Assembly (NCBI GenBank): GCA_041179105.1
Contig: JBEGUC010000003.1
Location: 1,732-65,731 of the forward strand
From: Verrucomicrobiota bacterium
GTDB taxonomy: Bacteria > Verrucomicrobiota > Verrucomicrobiia > Verrucomicrobiales > Akkermansiaceae
Reading direction: 5' to 3'
DNA length: 64,000 bases
The position numbers and the translations under genes are program-made. Below the pieces are notes generated by a model, which saw only the letters and a program-made list of their open reading frames with translations, did no database searches and was not told the DNA's origin. Of this stretch, positions 18,755-27,214 are shown one piece after another; within the stretch, counting starts at the first letter, position 1; each line of letters starts with the position of its first letter.

Positions 18755-20206
18755 TCAGTTCCCTGCCGGCACCAGCCGCACGAGGCGGTCGGGGCTGTTG
18801 AGAATCACGTAGATCAAGCCGTCCGGCCCCATGGCGACGTCGCGCACGCGGCCGATGTTTTTGAGGATGATTTCCTGGGAGGCGACTTTCTTGTCCACGA
18901 TGCGGAGACGGCGGACTTCCTGTTGGGCGAGTGCGCCGACTAGCAAGTCGTTCTTCCATTTCGGGAATTTGTCACCGTTGTAGAAATCCAAACCGCAAAC
19001 CGCGATGGATGGCAGCCAGTAAGTAACAGGTTGTTCGATACCTTTCTTTTCGGTGAGTGATAGCATCTCCTTTCCGTCGGGTCCGGGGTAGCTCATCGGC
19101 ATGCCGCTGTAGTTCATGCCGAGAGTGACGACTGGCCAGCCGTAGTTTCTCCCGGGAAGGACGAGGTTCAACTCGTCGCCGCCGCGCGGGCCGTGCTCTG
19201 TATTATAAAGCGAGCCGTCGCGGGGATCCATCGCGAGGCCCTGCGGGTTGCGGTGGCCGTAGGACCAGATGCTGGCAATCGCATCCTTGGTTTTCACAAA
19301 TGGGTTATCCTCCGGCACTCGGCCGTCGTCGTGCAAACGGTGGATTTTCCCGTTAGGTAGCGAAAGATTTTGCACTTCCATCAAGCCACCACGCTCGCCG
19401 ATGACGAAATAGATATAGCCATTTGCGAACACAAAACGGGTTCCGAAGTGGACGCCGGCGCCCGAGCGGAATTTAGGATCGGGACGGTAGATCCATTGTT
19501 GGTCGGTCCATTGGTGGTCTTTGATTTTACCGCGGACGACTGCGGTGATGCAGCGGACGTCTTCTTTTCCATCTGCGTTTTTCTCCCGCGTGCCGTCGGA
19601 AAATCCGAGGTAAACCCAGCCGTTTTCCGCGTAATCCGGATGCACCGCCACCTCCATCAGGCCGCCTTGGCCGTGGTCGATGACCGGTGGAATTCCCCGG
19701 ATGATCTTGGGGTCAAGTTTCCCGTCGGCGGTGATGAAACGGAGCTTGCCGGATTTTTCAGTCACGAGCTTGCGGCCGTCTGGAAGGAAGGCGATCGCCC
19801 ACGGGTTTTTTAGCCCGTTTTCTACAAGCGTCTCGATGCGGTAATCGTGTAGTTCGGTTTGGGTGACCTGGTCGGGCGAAGGTTTCGGGAAACTCATCCC
19901 TTTGGCCAGATTCTCTTTTTCATTTTCGCGGAGGAAAATCACCAGCGAACGAATTTGGTCGGTGGTGAGAACGCCCTCCCACGGAGTCATGCCTAACTGG
20001 ATATTTCCCTTGGCGATGGATTTGAAAATGTCCGCATCGTTGCTGCCGTGCTTCCACGCGCCATCGACGAGCGAGCCACCTTGGCCACCCTCGAACTTCG
20101 CGCCGTGACAGCCCGAGCAGTTTTTGGCGTAAAGTTCCTCTACCTTGATTTTCTGAGCAGAGGCGATGCCAGCGAGGCAAAGCAGCATGGGTAGGAACGT
20201 GCGCAT
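18755..20206 (-). CDS. Cytochrome c fused to PQQ-dependent sugar dehydrogenase (GSDH/YliI type)
   Basis: Signal peptide; CSGCH heme motif with MTPW ligand region; GL..PW, GQGGL, GHRNPQG, EHGPRGGDELN, NYGWP, RVRDV..GPDG. Confidence 0.9.
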   Translation of the reverse strand: MRTFLPMLLCLAGIASAQKIKVEELYAKNCSGCHGAKFEGGQGGSLVDGAWKHGSNDADIFKSIAKGNIQLGMTPWEGVLTTDQIRSLVIFLRENEKENLAKGMSFPKPSPDQVTQTELHDYRIETLVENGLKNPWAIAFLPDGRKLVTEKSGKLRFITADGKLDPKIIRGIPPVIDHGQGGLMEVAVHPDYAENGWVYLGFSDGTREKNADGKEDVRCITAVVRGKIKDHQWTDQQWIYRPDPKFRSGAGVHFGTRFVFANGYIYFVIGERGGLMEVQNLSLPNGKIHRLHDDGRVPEDNPFVKTKDAIASIWSYGHRNPQGLAMDPRDGSLYNTEHGPRGGDELNLVLPGRNYGWPVVTLGMNYSGMPMSYPGPDGKEMLSLTEKKGIEQPVTYWLPSIAVCGLDFYNGDKFPKWKNDLLVGALAQQEVRRLRIVDKKVASQEIILKNIGRVRDVAMGPDGLIYVILNSPDRLVRLVPAGN

Positions 20207-20268
20207 CGCGGGAAGAGTCATGAATTCGCGTTGAAACGCAATCCGAGAGTGATTTCTGTCGCGACGTC

Positions 20269-22338
20269 TCAAAATCCCCACTCCGCACCGACCCACAGCG
20301 AGCGTGGCGCAGCGAAGGTGCGAATTCCTTCGCCGCTCAAGCCGGTCTGGATTTCCTCGTCGAAGAGGTTCTCGATCCTGATTTGATAGATCGCGCCCGC
20401 CACTTGCCACGACGCGCCGATCCGCACGCTGGTGAAATCCGAAATCACGCGGCTGGCCAGCGCGTCATCGTATTGCGAGGCACCGTATTCGCAGCCCGCG
20501 AATAGCGAAATTTGCTCCGTCGCCCGCCACTCGGCGGTGGCGATCAAGCGCAGGTCGGGTGACTGCGGGAAGGGCTTGCCGTCTAGCAGTGGTTGGCCTG
20601 GCGACTCGCGGAACTCGGTGTGCGACCACAGGGCGTTGAGTCCGAGAGTCACCGCATCCGCTGTTAGCCACTCGATTTTCCCCTCGATCCCGCTCACCTG
20701 CGCCTGCTCCACATTTTGGCGCTGTGAGCCGGTGCCGCCCGGTGGGATGGTCCCGAAAATCTCCCTGATTTGTGCGGGATCAGTCACCGGCACGTTGGCG
20801 ATGGCGTCGGAAATCCAGTGCTGGAAGACAGCAACGCTCATTTTGAAGGATTCTGCCGGTTTCCAATCGAGCCCGGCCTCGACGCTAAAAAAGCGCTCGG
20901 CGTCCAGCTCTGGATTTGCCTCGACGATGTCGTTGCGGACGCGGAACGGGCGGTGCAACTCGTTCAATGTCGGAAGCCGGAAAGCCGTGCCTGCCGAAAT
21001 TTTTGCCGACAAATCGTCCTGGAGCTGGCGCGTCAGCTCGACTGACGCGGATGGCTCGATGCCGTCCCGGTCGTCTTGCTCATCCGCCCGCAGCGCTGCT
21101 CCGGTCGAGAGCGAGGTTTCGTTCCGGTGTCCGTCCGTGAGCTGCCAGCTGTCGAGCCGGACGCTGGCATCGACGCGGGTCCGCTCGTTCGCCTGATAGG
21201 CGGCTGCACCGAAAATCCCGGCGAATGCTTGGTCACCGCCTGCTTCTCGCGTTCGAAAAGTGCCGACGGTTTCGTTCGTCTCACCGGATAAAAACCGAGT
21301 GTCCGCGCCGCCGCTCAAAGTCCATGCTCCACCGCCGTCCCAGCGCGTGGTGAGTGCCGCGCCGGTGCCGCGTCCGGGCACGTCGAACTGGTCGAGCGCA
21401 AGCGTTTCCGCCGTCCGGTTCGCGTTCACCGAGCTGAACACGGACTCAAATTCCCGCCGTTGGTGCCAGCCAATGGCCTGCCACGAGAAGTCCCTGTCAG
21501 CGGAGGTGACGCGCAATGCAAGGTCGAGCGCCTCGGTGGAGTTTGCCGTTAGTGGCGTGCCGTTGCCGCGGTCTTCTTGATACCACGAGAGCATCGGCTC
21601 CACCGTCAGGGCGGGTGCGGCGAGCCAGGCAAATTTTAAATTTGCCCCTGTCAGCTCCGTGTCCAGCTTGCGATCAATCGGTCCGCGCTGTGAAGAATCG
21701 ACCGCGTAAAACCCGTCGCTATGCAGGCCGAAGGCTGAAAATGACACTGCCTGCGTGTTTTCCGCGTTGGTCATCTGATGGGACGTCGAGCCGCTGAACG
21801 TCCCTTGGCTGCCGCCGCCGAGCTTGAGCAAGTGGCGGTTTTCAAAAGGCGCGTGTCCATTCATCTGGATCACGCCCGCCGGGCTTTGGTTTCCCCACAC
21901 CGCTGCGCGTGCTGCGGGGACGATGCGGATCGAGTCGAGCGCTGCGGCATCGTAGCGAGCCCAGTAAACCCAGCCGCCGAATGGGTCGTTCTGCGGAATT
22001 CCGTCCAACAGAACCAAGGTCCGCGAGGCGGCGGTTGCGCCTGTGTTGCGGAGGCTAACCCCAGCGGATGTCGGATTTCCAAAGATCGATGACTGCCGCC
22101 GATAGAGTGAAAACGACGGCTCCCTGGCCAGCAACTCATCGATGGTGCGTGGTGCGGTCTTTCGCAAATCTTCGTGGCTCCACTCCGCCAGCGGGGTGGA
22201 CGAGTCCTCACCAAGCCGCCGCTCAGCCAAAACCACCATCGGGGTTAACAGTTCGGGCGATTGACCGAAAGCCTGAAGCACCGCGAGGCCGCTGAGCGTT
22301 GGTAAAATCCAGGTGTCGAAAATACAAATGTGGCCCAT
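20269..22338 (-). CDS. TonB-dependent receptor
   Basis: Plug motifs RTLVLLDGIPQND and I.IV....AAVWG....GVI; FRLPTLNEL, NPEL.AE, IENLFDE; C-terminal Phe (WGF). Confidence 0.9.
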   Translation of the reverse strand: MGHICIFDTWILPTLSGLAVLQAFGQSPELLTPMVVLAERRLGEDSSTPLAEWSHEDLRKTAPRTIDELLAREPSFSLYRRQSSIFGNPTSAGVSLRNTGATAASRTLVLLDGIPQNDPFGGWVYWARYDAAALDSIRIVPAARAAVWGNQSPAGVIQMNGHAPFENRHLLKLGGGSQGTFSGSTSHQMTNAENTQAVSFSAFGLHSDGFYAVDSSQRGPIDRKLDTELTGANLKFAWLAAPALTVEPMLSWYQEDRGNGTPLTANSTEALDLALRVTSADRDFSWQAIGWHQRREFESVFSSVNANRTAETLALDQFDVPGRGTGAALTTRWDGGGAWTLSGGADTRFLSGETNETVGTFRTREAGGDQAFAGIFGAAAYQANERTRVDASVRLDSWQLTDGHRNETSLSTGAALRADEQDDRDGIEPSASVELTRQLQDDLSAKISAGTAFRLPTLNELHRPFRVRNDIVEANPELDAERFFSVEAGLDWKPAESFKMSVAVFQHWISDAIANVPVTDPAQIREIFGTIPPGGTGSQRQNVEQAQVSGIEGKIEWLTADAVTLGLNALWSHTEFRESPGQPLLDGKPFPQSPDLRLIATAEWRATEQISLFAGCEYGASQYDDALASRVISDFTSVRIGASWQVAGAIYQIRIENLFDEEIQTGLSGEGIRTFAAPRSLWVGAEWGF

Positions 22339-22492
22339 GAATCGACTGGTTTCGGCGTTCAGCATTTACAGTTTTCTGCCGCGAGGCAAGGCCTGTTGAT
22401 CAACTCCGCTTCGGCCCGAATCGATCTCGCGCACTCGCGAACGCCTTGCTGCCGATCAGCGCACCATCGGTGAACCTAAAGAGGAAAATAGG

Positions 22493-22639
22493 GACCACTG
22501 ATTTCACTGATTTCACTGATTTCACTGATTTTTAAGAAGTTTGTACAAAGCTCTTACTCACCCAAAAGGTGACGGCTAATTCGGCCAGTTGATTTTCACA
22601 ACTCTCTTAAAATCTGTGAAATCAGTGAAATCTGTGGTT
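22493..22639. repeat. Gene-less inverted repeat of 9-nt CACTGATTT tandem units
   Basis: (cactgattt)x4 at 22496-22531 then ttaaga; right arm tcttaaaatctgtgaaatcagtgaaatctgtggtt (22605-22639) carries three reverse-complement units. Confidence 0.9.
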
Positions 22640-22689
22640 AAAAATCTCCCCTTCATTTTCCCATTTAGGGTGAAATACGGAATCCGGCA

Positions 22690-22890
22690 GCGCAACATCT
22701 TCGCGATTCCCAGATCCTTCAAAACTGTTTCGTTGTCTTCGCTCTCCAGCAGTTCCGCCGTGTTCTGGGTCACTGTAGCGGCGGTCTGCGAGCGTCGCTG
22801 AATCTCTGCCCGCCCGGGTTTCCGACTGACCGCGAGGCTCATTAAGCGTCATTCCGCCAACCATCGCGCTCATCTCATGGACAAGAACTG
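22690..22890 (-). pseudogene. Possible degraded Ser/Thr kinase fragment
   Basis: Across frameshifts the minus strand reads FLSM..V.GMTL.E, then tac-agt-gac (near HRD codons), then LL and DLGIAK (cf. DFGIAK). Confidence 0.3.
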
Positions 22891-22964
22891 CCGGGGGCTG
22901 GGGAAAATTGAAAGAAGGCTTTGATTAAAGGCCCGTCCATTCGTCATGGTGTAAGGAGTGACGA

Positions 22965-22982
22965 GTGACGAAATTGTGACAA
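22965..22982 (-). promoter_or_regulatory. Pho-box-like direct repeat
   Basis: Minus strand TTGTCAC-AATT-TCGTCAC with 11-bp periodicity, matching the CTGTCAT-N4-CTGTCAY consensus. Confidence 0.45.
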
Positions 22983-23031
22983 GGATTCACTTCTTGAAGT
23001 AGGTTAGATAAGCAGAATTTCTTCAGAAATT

Positions 23032-25548
23032 ATGAAAGCTTCCGAAGCGAACTTCGCCACTGATACATTATCTGAACGTTACCAAATTCTTCACTTGCTT
23101 GGCTCGGGGGGCAGCGGTGATGCCTATTTGGCATGGGATACGAGCCTCCGCCGACAAATCGTGGTCAAGCGTGTCCGGACGAACTTGGGTGACGAAGATG
23201 CGGTGCAGTGGATTCTCGAGGAGGCGGGCAAGATGGCAGCATTGAAACATCCAAACATTGTAGCGGTCCATGACGTCGCGCTGAGTGAGGGAGTGCCTTG
23301 CATTGTGATGGAGCATGTGATTGGTCATAATTTGGATGAGTTAGTTTCCGCCTCGGGGCCTCTCCGTTTGGATGTATTTGTCGAGTTAGCGCAGCAGACA
23401 CTGGATGCGCTTTATACGGCGCATCAAACCGGGATAATTCATCGGGACCTGAAGCCGTCTAACGTGATGATTTCGGATCTTCCGAGTGGGTCAATTCAGT
23501 CTAAGTTACTTGATTTTGGTCTCGCAAAGTTCATTGATACTCAGGCTCCCTCACCGCAAACAGTGTCGATTGATGGTTCGATTCATGGAACCACGCATTA
23601 CATCTCTCCCGAACAATTAAGTCGTGAACCAGTCGGGGTTTACAGCGATTTGTACTCTCTCGGGTGCACGCTTTATTTTGGATTGACAGGTCATCCTCCA
23701 TTTGGAGGGGCAAACGTTTCTGAGGTAATTACCTCGCATTTGAGTCATCTGGTAGTCACTCCTGCTAAGCTGCGACCCGATCTTCCTTTGGATCTCTGCG
23801 TGTGGTTAATGCAAATGATTGAGCGCCACCCCAACGACCGATTTGTCAATGCTCTCGTCGCATTGCAGGCCCTGCGCGAAGCGGCTTTCTCCGCTCGGAT
23901 TTTATCAAGAACGACGGGTTCAATTCCCGTGACTACGGGTGATGTAGTGTTGCCGATTGTCGGACCGGAGCTGGCGGTGGCCACTCCGGAGTTCAAGGAG
24001 GTTCATCGCCGTCGTTGGATGCAGTTTGCACTTGGGCTTGGCCTCGCTGCCGCCTTGGCTTTGGGTGGATTTGTTGGGTCATCCAGTTTTAGAGCGGGTG
24101 GAGCAAAAGCTCAATCGGCTCCTGTCGAGCTTGCCTCATTGAACCCGGTTCAAAGCCCTGTTCTGGCAGTTAAAGATTTGGAGCCGCTCCTTAAATCTGT
24201 GGCAGTGGTGACACCTGAAGTGCAAGCTGTCCTACCGCCGCCTCCGCCGGTGATTTCTGCTCCTGTGATGCCCGTAGCATCATCTGAGCCAAAAATCATC
24301 TTCCGGGTGGCTGGTTCAAACACCATCGGTGCAGAGCTTTTACCTGCATTGATAGAAAAATTTCTAGCAAAAATGGATGCGAAAAATATACGTCGCGAAC
24401 AGCTACGTGCATATGAAACGGTGATGTCCTTTGATCTAATAGGTTCCTCTGGCCGTCAGGCGGTTTTAATTCAGGCTCACGGTTCTTCGACTGCATTTCA
24501 AGCTCTCCAAAAAGATGCCTGTGAGATTGGAATTTCCTCGAGGCCGATCAAGCCAGCCGAGGTTGATGCACTTCGGTTTTTGGGAGACATGCTTTCTCCT
24601 TCTTGTGAGCATATCGTCGGACTTGACGGTTTGGCGATGATTGTGAATCGGAGTAATCCTGTCCAATCTTTGAATTTACAGCAAATCGCTCGGATTTTTT
24701 CTGGGGAAATTCGTGATTGGTCCGAGGTTGGAGGTGCCCCGGGATCGATTCATCTTTATGCGCGTGATGACCAATCCGGAACTTATGACTCCTTTCGCGC
24801 GATGGTTTTGGGCGATCGGGTTTTGCTAAATGATGCCAAGCGCTATGAGGATTCTTCGGCTCTTTCAGATGCTGTATCGAGTGATGCTGCTGGCATTGGC
24901 TTCATCGGCTTACCTTATGTTCGGAGCTCAAAAGCCTTGGCGGTGTCTGAAGTAGGCGCACAGGCATTGTTGCCGAATTCCTTTAGTGTGGCGACTGAGG
25001 ACTATGTGCTTTCACGGCGACTTTTTCTCTACACTTCGATTATACCTAGTCACCCATGGACGACAGCTTTTACGGAATTTGCTCTCTCTGATGAAGGCCA
25101 AAAACTGGTTGATGAGTCCGGCTTTATTTCCCAACAAGTGGGGATCGAGACGGTATTAACAAGCGATAAGATGCCAGAGCGTTATCAAGAAATCACAAAA
25201 ACTGCTGAAGGACGGCTAAGTTTGAGTTTCCGTTTTAGGTCTGGGAAAACTCAGATGGATGCTAAGGCCGCTCGGGATCTGGAGCGGGTGGTGAGGCTTT
25301 TGGCTAAGCCTGAGAATCGGCGCAAACAGGTTTGTTTGTTGGGTTTTTCGGATCAGTCGGGAAATCGTTCCTCCAACCTCAAACTCTCGGAGGAGCGAGC
25401 CAAAGAGATATCAGCCCAATTGGCCTTGAGAGGGGTGCCTGTCGCTGAGGTTTTAGCAATGGGTTCGGAAATGCCGGTGGCCTCCAATGACACCAAAAGT
25501 GGGCAAGAAAAAAACCGACGGGTGGAAATCTGGGTCGGCTCTTTGTAG
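23032..25548 (+). CDS. Ser/Thr protein kinase - TM - PstS-like phosphate-binding domain - OmpA-like domain fusion
   Basis: Kinase motifs GSGGSG, VVK, HRDLKPSN, DFG, YISPE, SDLYSLG; one TM after RRRW; Pro-rich linker; PBP motifs GSNT, HGSS, SSR, RDDQSGT, Y.LSRRLFLY; OmpA motifs GFSD, NL.LSEERA, NRRVEI. Confidence 0.9.
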   Translation: MKASEANFATDTLSERYQILHLLGSGGSGDAYLAWDTSLRRQIVVKRVRTNLGDEDAVQWILEEAGKMAALKHPNIVAVHDVALSEGVPCIVMEHVIGHNLDELVSASGPLRLDVFVELAQQTLDALYTAHQTGIIHRDLKPSNVMISDLPSGSIQSKLLDFGLAKFIDTQAPSPQTVSIDGSIHGTTHYISPEQLSREPVGVYSDLYSLGCTLYFGLTGHPPFGGANVSEVITSHLSHLVVTPAKLRPDLPLDLCVWLMQMIERHPNDRFVNALVALQALREAAFSARILSRTTGSIPVTTGDVVLPIVGPELAVATPEFKEVHRRRWMQFALGLGLAAALALGGFVGSSSFRAGGAKAQSAPVELASLNPVQSPVLAVKDLEPLLKSVAVVTPEVQAVLPPPPPVISAPVMPVASSEPKIIFRVAGSNTIGAELLPALIEKFLAKMDAKNIRREQLRAYETVMSFDLIGSSGRQAVLIQAHGSSTAFQALQKDACEIGISSRPIKPAEVDALRFLGDMLSPSCEHIVGLDGLAMIVNRSNPVQSLNLQQIARIFSGEIRDWSEVGGAPGSIHLYARDDQSGTYDSFRAMVLGDRVLLNDAKRYEDSSALSDAVSSDAAGIGFIGLPYVRSSKALAVSEVGAQALLPNSFSVATEDYVLSRRLFLYTSIIPSHPWTTAFTEFALSDEGQKLVDESGFISQQVGIETVLTSDKMPERYQEITKTAEGRLSLSFRFRSGKTQMDAKAARDLERVVRLLAKPENRRKQVCLLGFSDQSGNRSSNLKLSEERAKEISAQLALRGVPVAEVLAMGSEMPVASNDTKSGQEKNRRVEIWVGSL

Positions 25549-25665
25549 GCGAATTTGTCCCGAGCCTGACCCTGATCTGTTTGCCTTCTAGGATAAAAGG
25601 TCTTTCCCTTAGTCGTCGTTAGGCGACAGGGTTCAGTCTAAGCGAACGCAGGCGCGAGGCCGCGT

Positions 25666-26388
25666 TCAGCGGGGAGGCTCAAACTCGGCCAGCCGCGAGA
25701 TCGCGGTCCTGAGCAAGCCGCAGTCCCACTGGCCGGGGGCTGTCGCGGTGGTGCCGAGGTAGCCGTAATTGAGCAAACTGCCACATTGTGCGCACAGCAG
25801 TCGCGAGACCGGAGCCAGCGGCCCCATGCCCATGGTCGCTACCGGGAGCCCGTGATCTGCCAGTTGGAAATCTGCCAGCCGCGCGAGATCCGCCGGGGAA
25901 TCGAGTTTGGCGGCGGCCTTGAAAACCGCCGCTCCGGCAGCCCGCGCCTGGCTTGCGGCAGCTTCCAGGACGCCCGTTTCGGGGAGCTTGCCGAAATCGT
26001 GATAAGAGGCGATCCACGGGATTTCCCGCGCAGCGAGCTCCTCCAGGAGGTCGCCCATTTCGGGGATGCTCGCCACCTCGATGTCGATCCACGCCGCCTG
26101 ATCCAACGCGCTTCGCAGCAAATTCATCCGCACGTCTGGGGCGAGCGCGAGCGCGCCGCCTTCCTCAAGCCGCCGCGCGGTGAATAACAGCGGAATTTCT
26201 GCCAAATGGCTCCAACGTGAGGCGTCGATTTCTCCGTCCTCGGCGCTTAACAGATCCAGCCGGATTTCCACGATATCACAGCCTTCCCGGGCCGACGCAA
26301 CGCAGGTTTCGCGCAGATCCCGCGAGCGACCAAGGCTTCCGACGACTTTCGGGTGCGAGTCGTTCAGCAGAAATTTATCATGCGCCAT
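25666..26388 (-). CDS. aroD: 3-dehydroquinate dehydratase type I
   Basis: DIVEIRLD, PLLFT.R...EGG, IDIE, SYHDF, K.A, MGMG....SR. Confidence 0.92.
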   Translation of the reverse strand: MAHDKFLLNDSHPKVVGSLGRSRDLRETCVASAREGCDIVEIRLDLLSAEDGEIDASRWSHLAEIPLLFTARRLEEGGALALAPDVRMNLLRSALDQAAWIDIEVASIPEMGDLLEELAAREIPWIASYHDFGKLPETGVLEAAASQARAAGAAVFKAAAKLDSPADLARLADFQLADHGLPVATMGMGPLAPVSRLLCAQCGSLLNYGYLGTTATAPGQWDCGLLRTAISRLAEFEPPR

Positions 26389-26544
26389 GGCGGAGTGATG
26401 CCCGGCAAAGCGCGACTCGTCAATCGCTTGTGCCTGCCACAAGCCGCAAATGTGTTTACAGTGGCCGATGTTTTATCGGAAATTCGAAATTTTCTCTCGT
26501 CAACCCGAAAGGCGAATTCCTAGGTTCTTTCAAACCCAAATCGC

Positions 26545-27171
26545 ATGAACGTTCTTTTCCACAAATCTTTCTCGATCACCGCTTCCGCATTCATCGCCGC
26601 GCTCTCGATCGGAAGCGCCTCCGGACAGGCCGCCAAGGCCGTGATCGAAAAGCCCGCGTTCGACGATCTGCCCTCCCCAGAATTTCCAGGAGGTAAAAGC
26701 AAGGCTTTCAAGCCCAAGGATTGGCTCGAAATCGAGACCAAACTCAATCTCTCGCTCAGCCCAGAACCTGCCAGCAAGACTTGTGATAAAGTCATCGTGA
26801 AGTGGTATGTCGCGGTCAAGAACCCCGAAAAAGTGGGCACTTTTCTTCTGATTACCAAGGACATCGAATACGTGAACGTGCCATTATCGGAAGACGTTTA
26901 CTGCTCGGTCTATCTCTCGCCGTCCTCGATCAAGCGCCTCACCGGTTTCGACCGTGCCGGCAAGGGGGCCGTCGAATACGTCGGCTTCGAGGTCCTCATC
27001 AACGGCGAGAAAGTCGCCCAAGAAACCAGCAAGGGCAAAGTCGGCTGGTGGAGCGCGGCTTCCGACAAGATTTCCCGCACCGAAAAAGTGCCACTTCTGA
27101 ATAAGGCCGAAACTCCCTTCGCCCCGATGTGGTGGGACCGCTATGCGGAAGTCAGCGCGGAACGTCGCTGA
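26545..27171 (+). CDS. Amuc_1102-like secreted pilus-cluster protein
   Basis: Signal peptide; SP......K.FKPK.WLE.E, SVYLSP, LLNK.ETPF...W.DRY; first gene of the PilM-secretin cluster. Confidence 0.7.
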   Translation: MNVLFHKSFSITASAFIAALSIGSASGQAAKAVIEKPAFDDLPSPEFPGGKSKAFKPKDWLEIETKLNLSLSPEPASKTCDKVIVKWYVAVKNPEKVGTFLLITKDIEYVNVPLSEDVYCSVYLSPSSIKRLTGFDRAGKGAVEYVGFEVLINGEKVAQETSKGKVGWWSAASDKISRTEKVPLLNKAETPFAPMWWDRYAEVSAERR

Positions 27172-27214
27172 CAGGGTTTTCTTCCGTCCTCCTTTCTCCA
27201 ATCTTTACCGAATC

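Noticed and set aside
22496-22531. Tandem 9-mers (and the 10-mers at 7207-7233) as a CRISPR array
   Set aside because: The units are contiguous with no unique spacers, far shorter than CRISPR repeats, and no cas genes are present
25564-25624. attC-like site after the kinase gene (GCCTGAC ... GTTAGGC, 61 bp)
   Set aside because: The inverse core deviates from RYYYAAC, no complementary L boxes are visible and there is no integrase; more likely part of a degenerate hairpin between convergent genes
25666-27171. Functional link between aroD and the pilus cluster, echoing pilQ-aroK-aroB synteny in Proteobacteria
   Set aside because: Different aro gene, divergent orientation and opposite end of the cluster; probably coincidental
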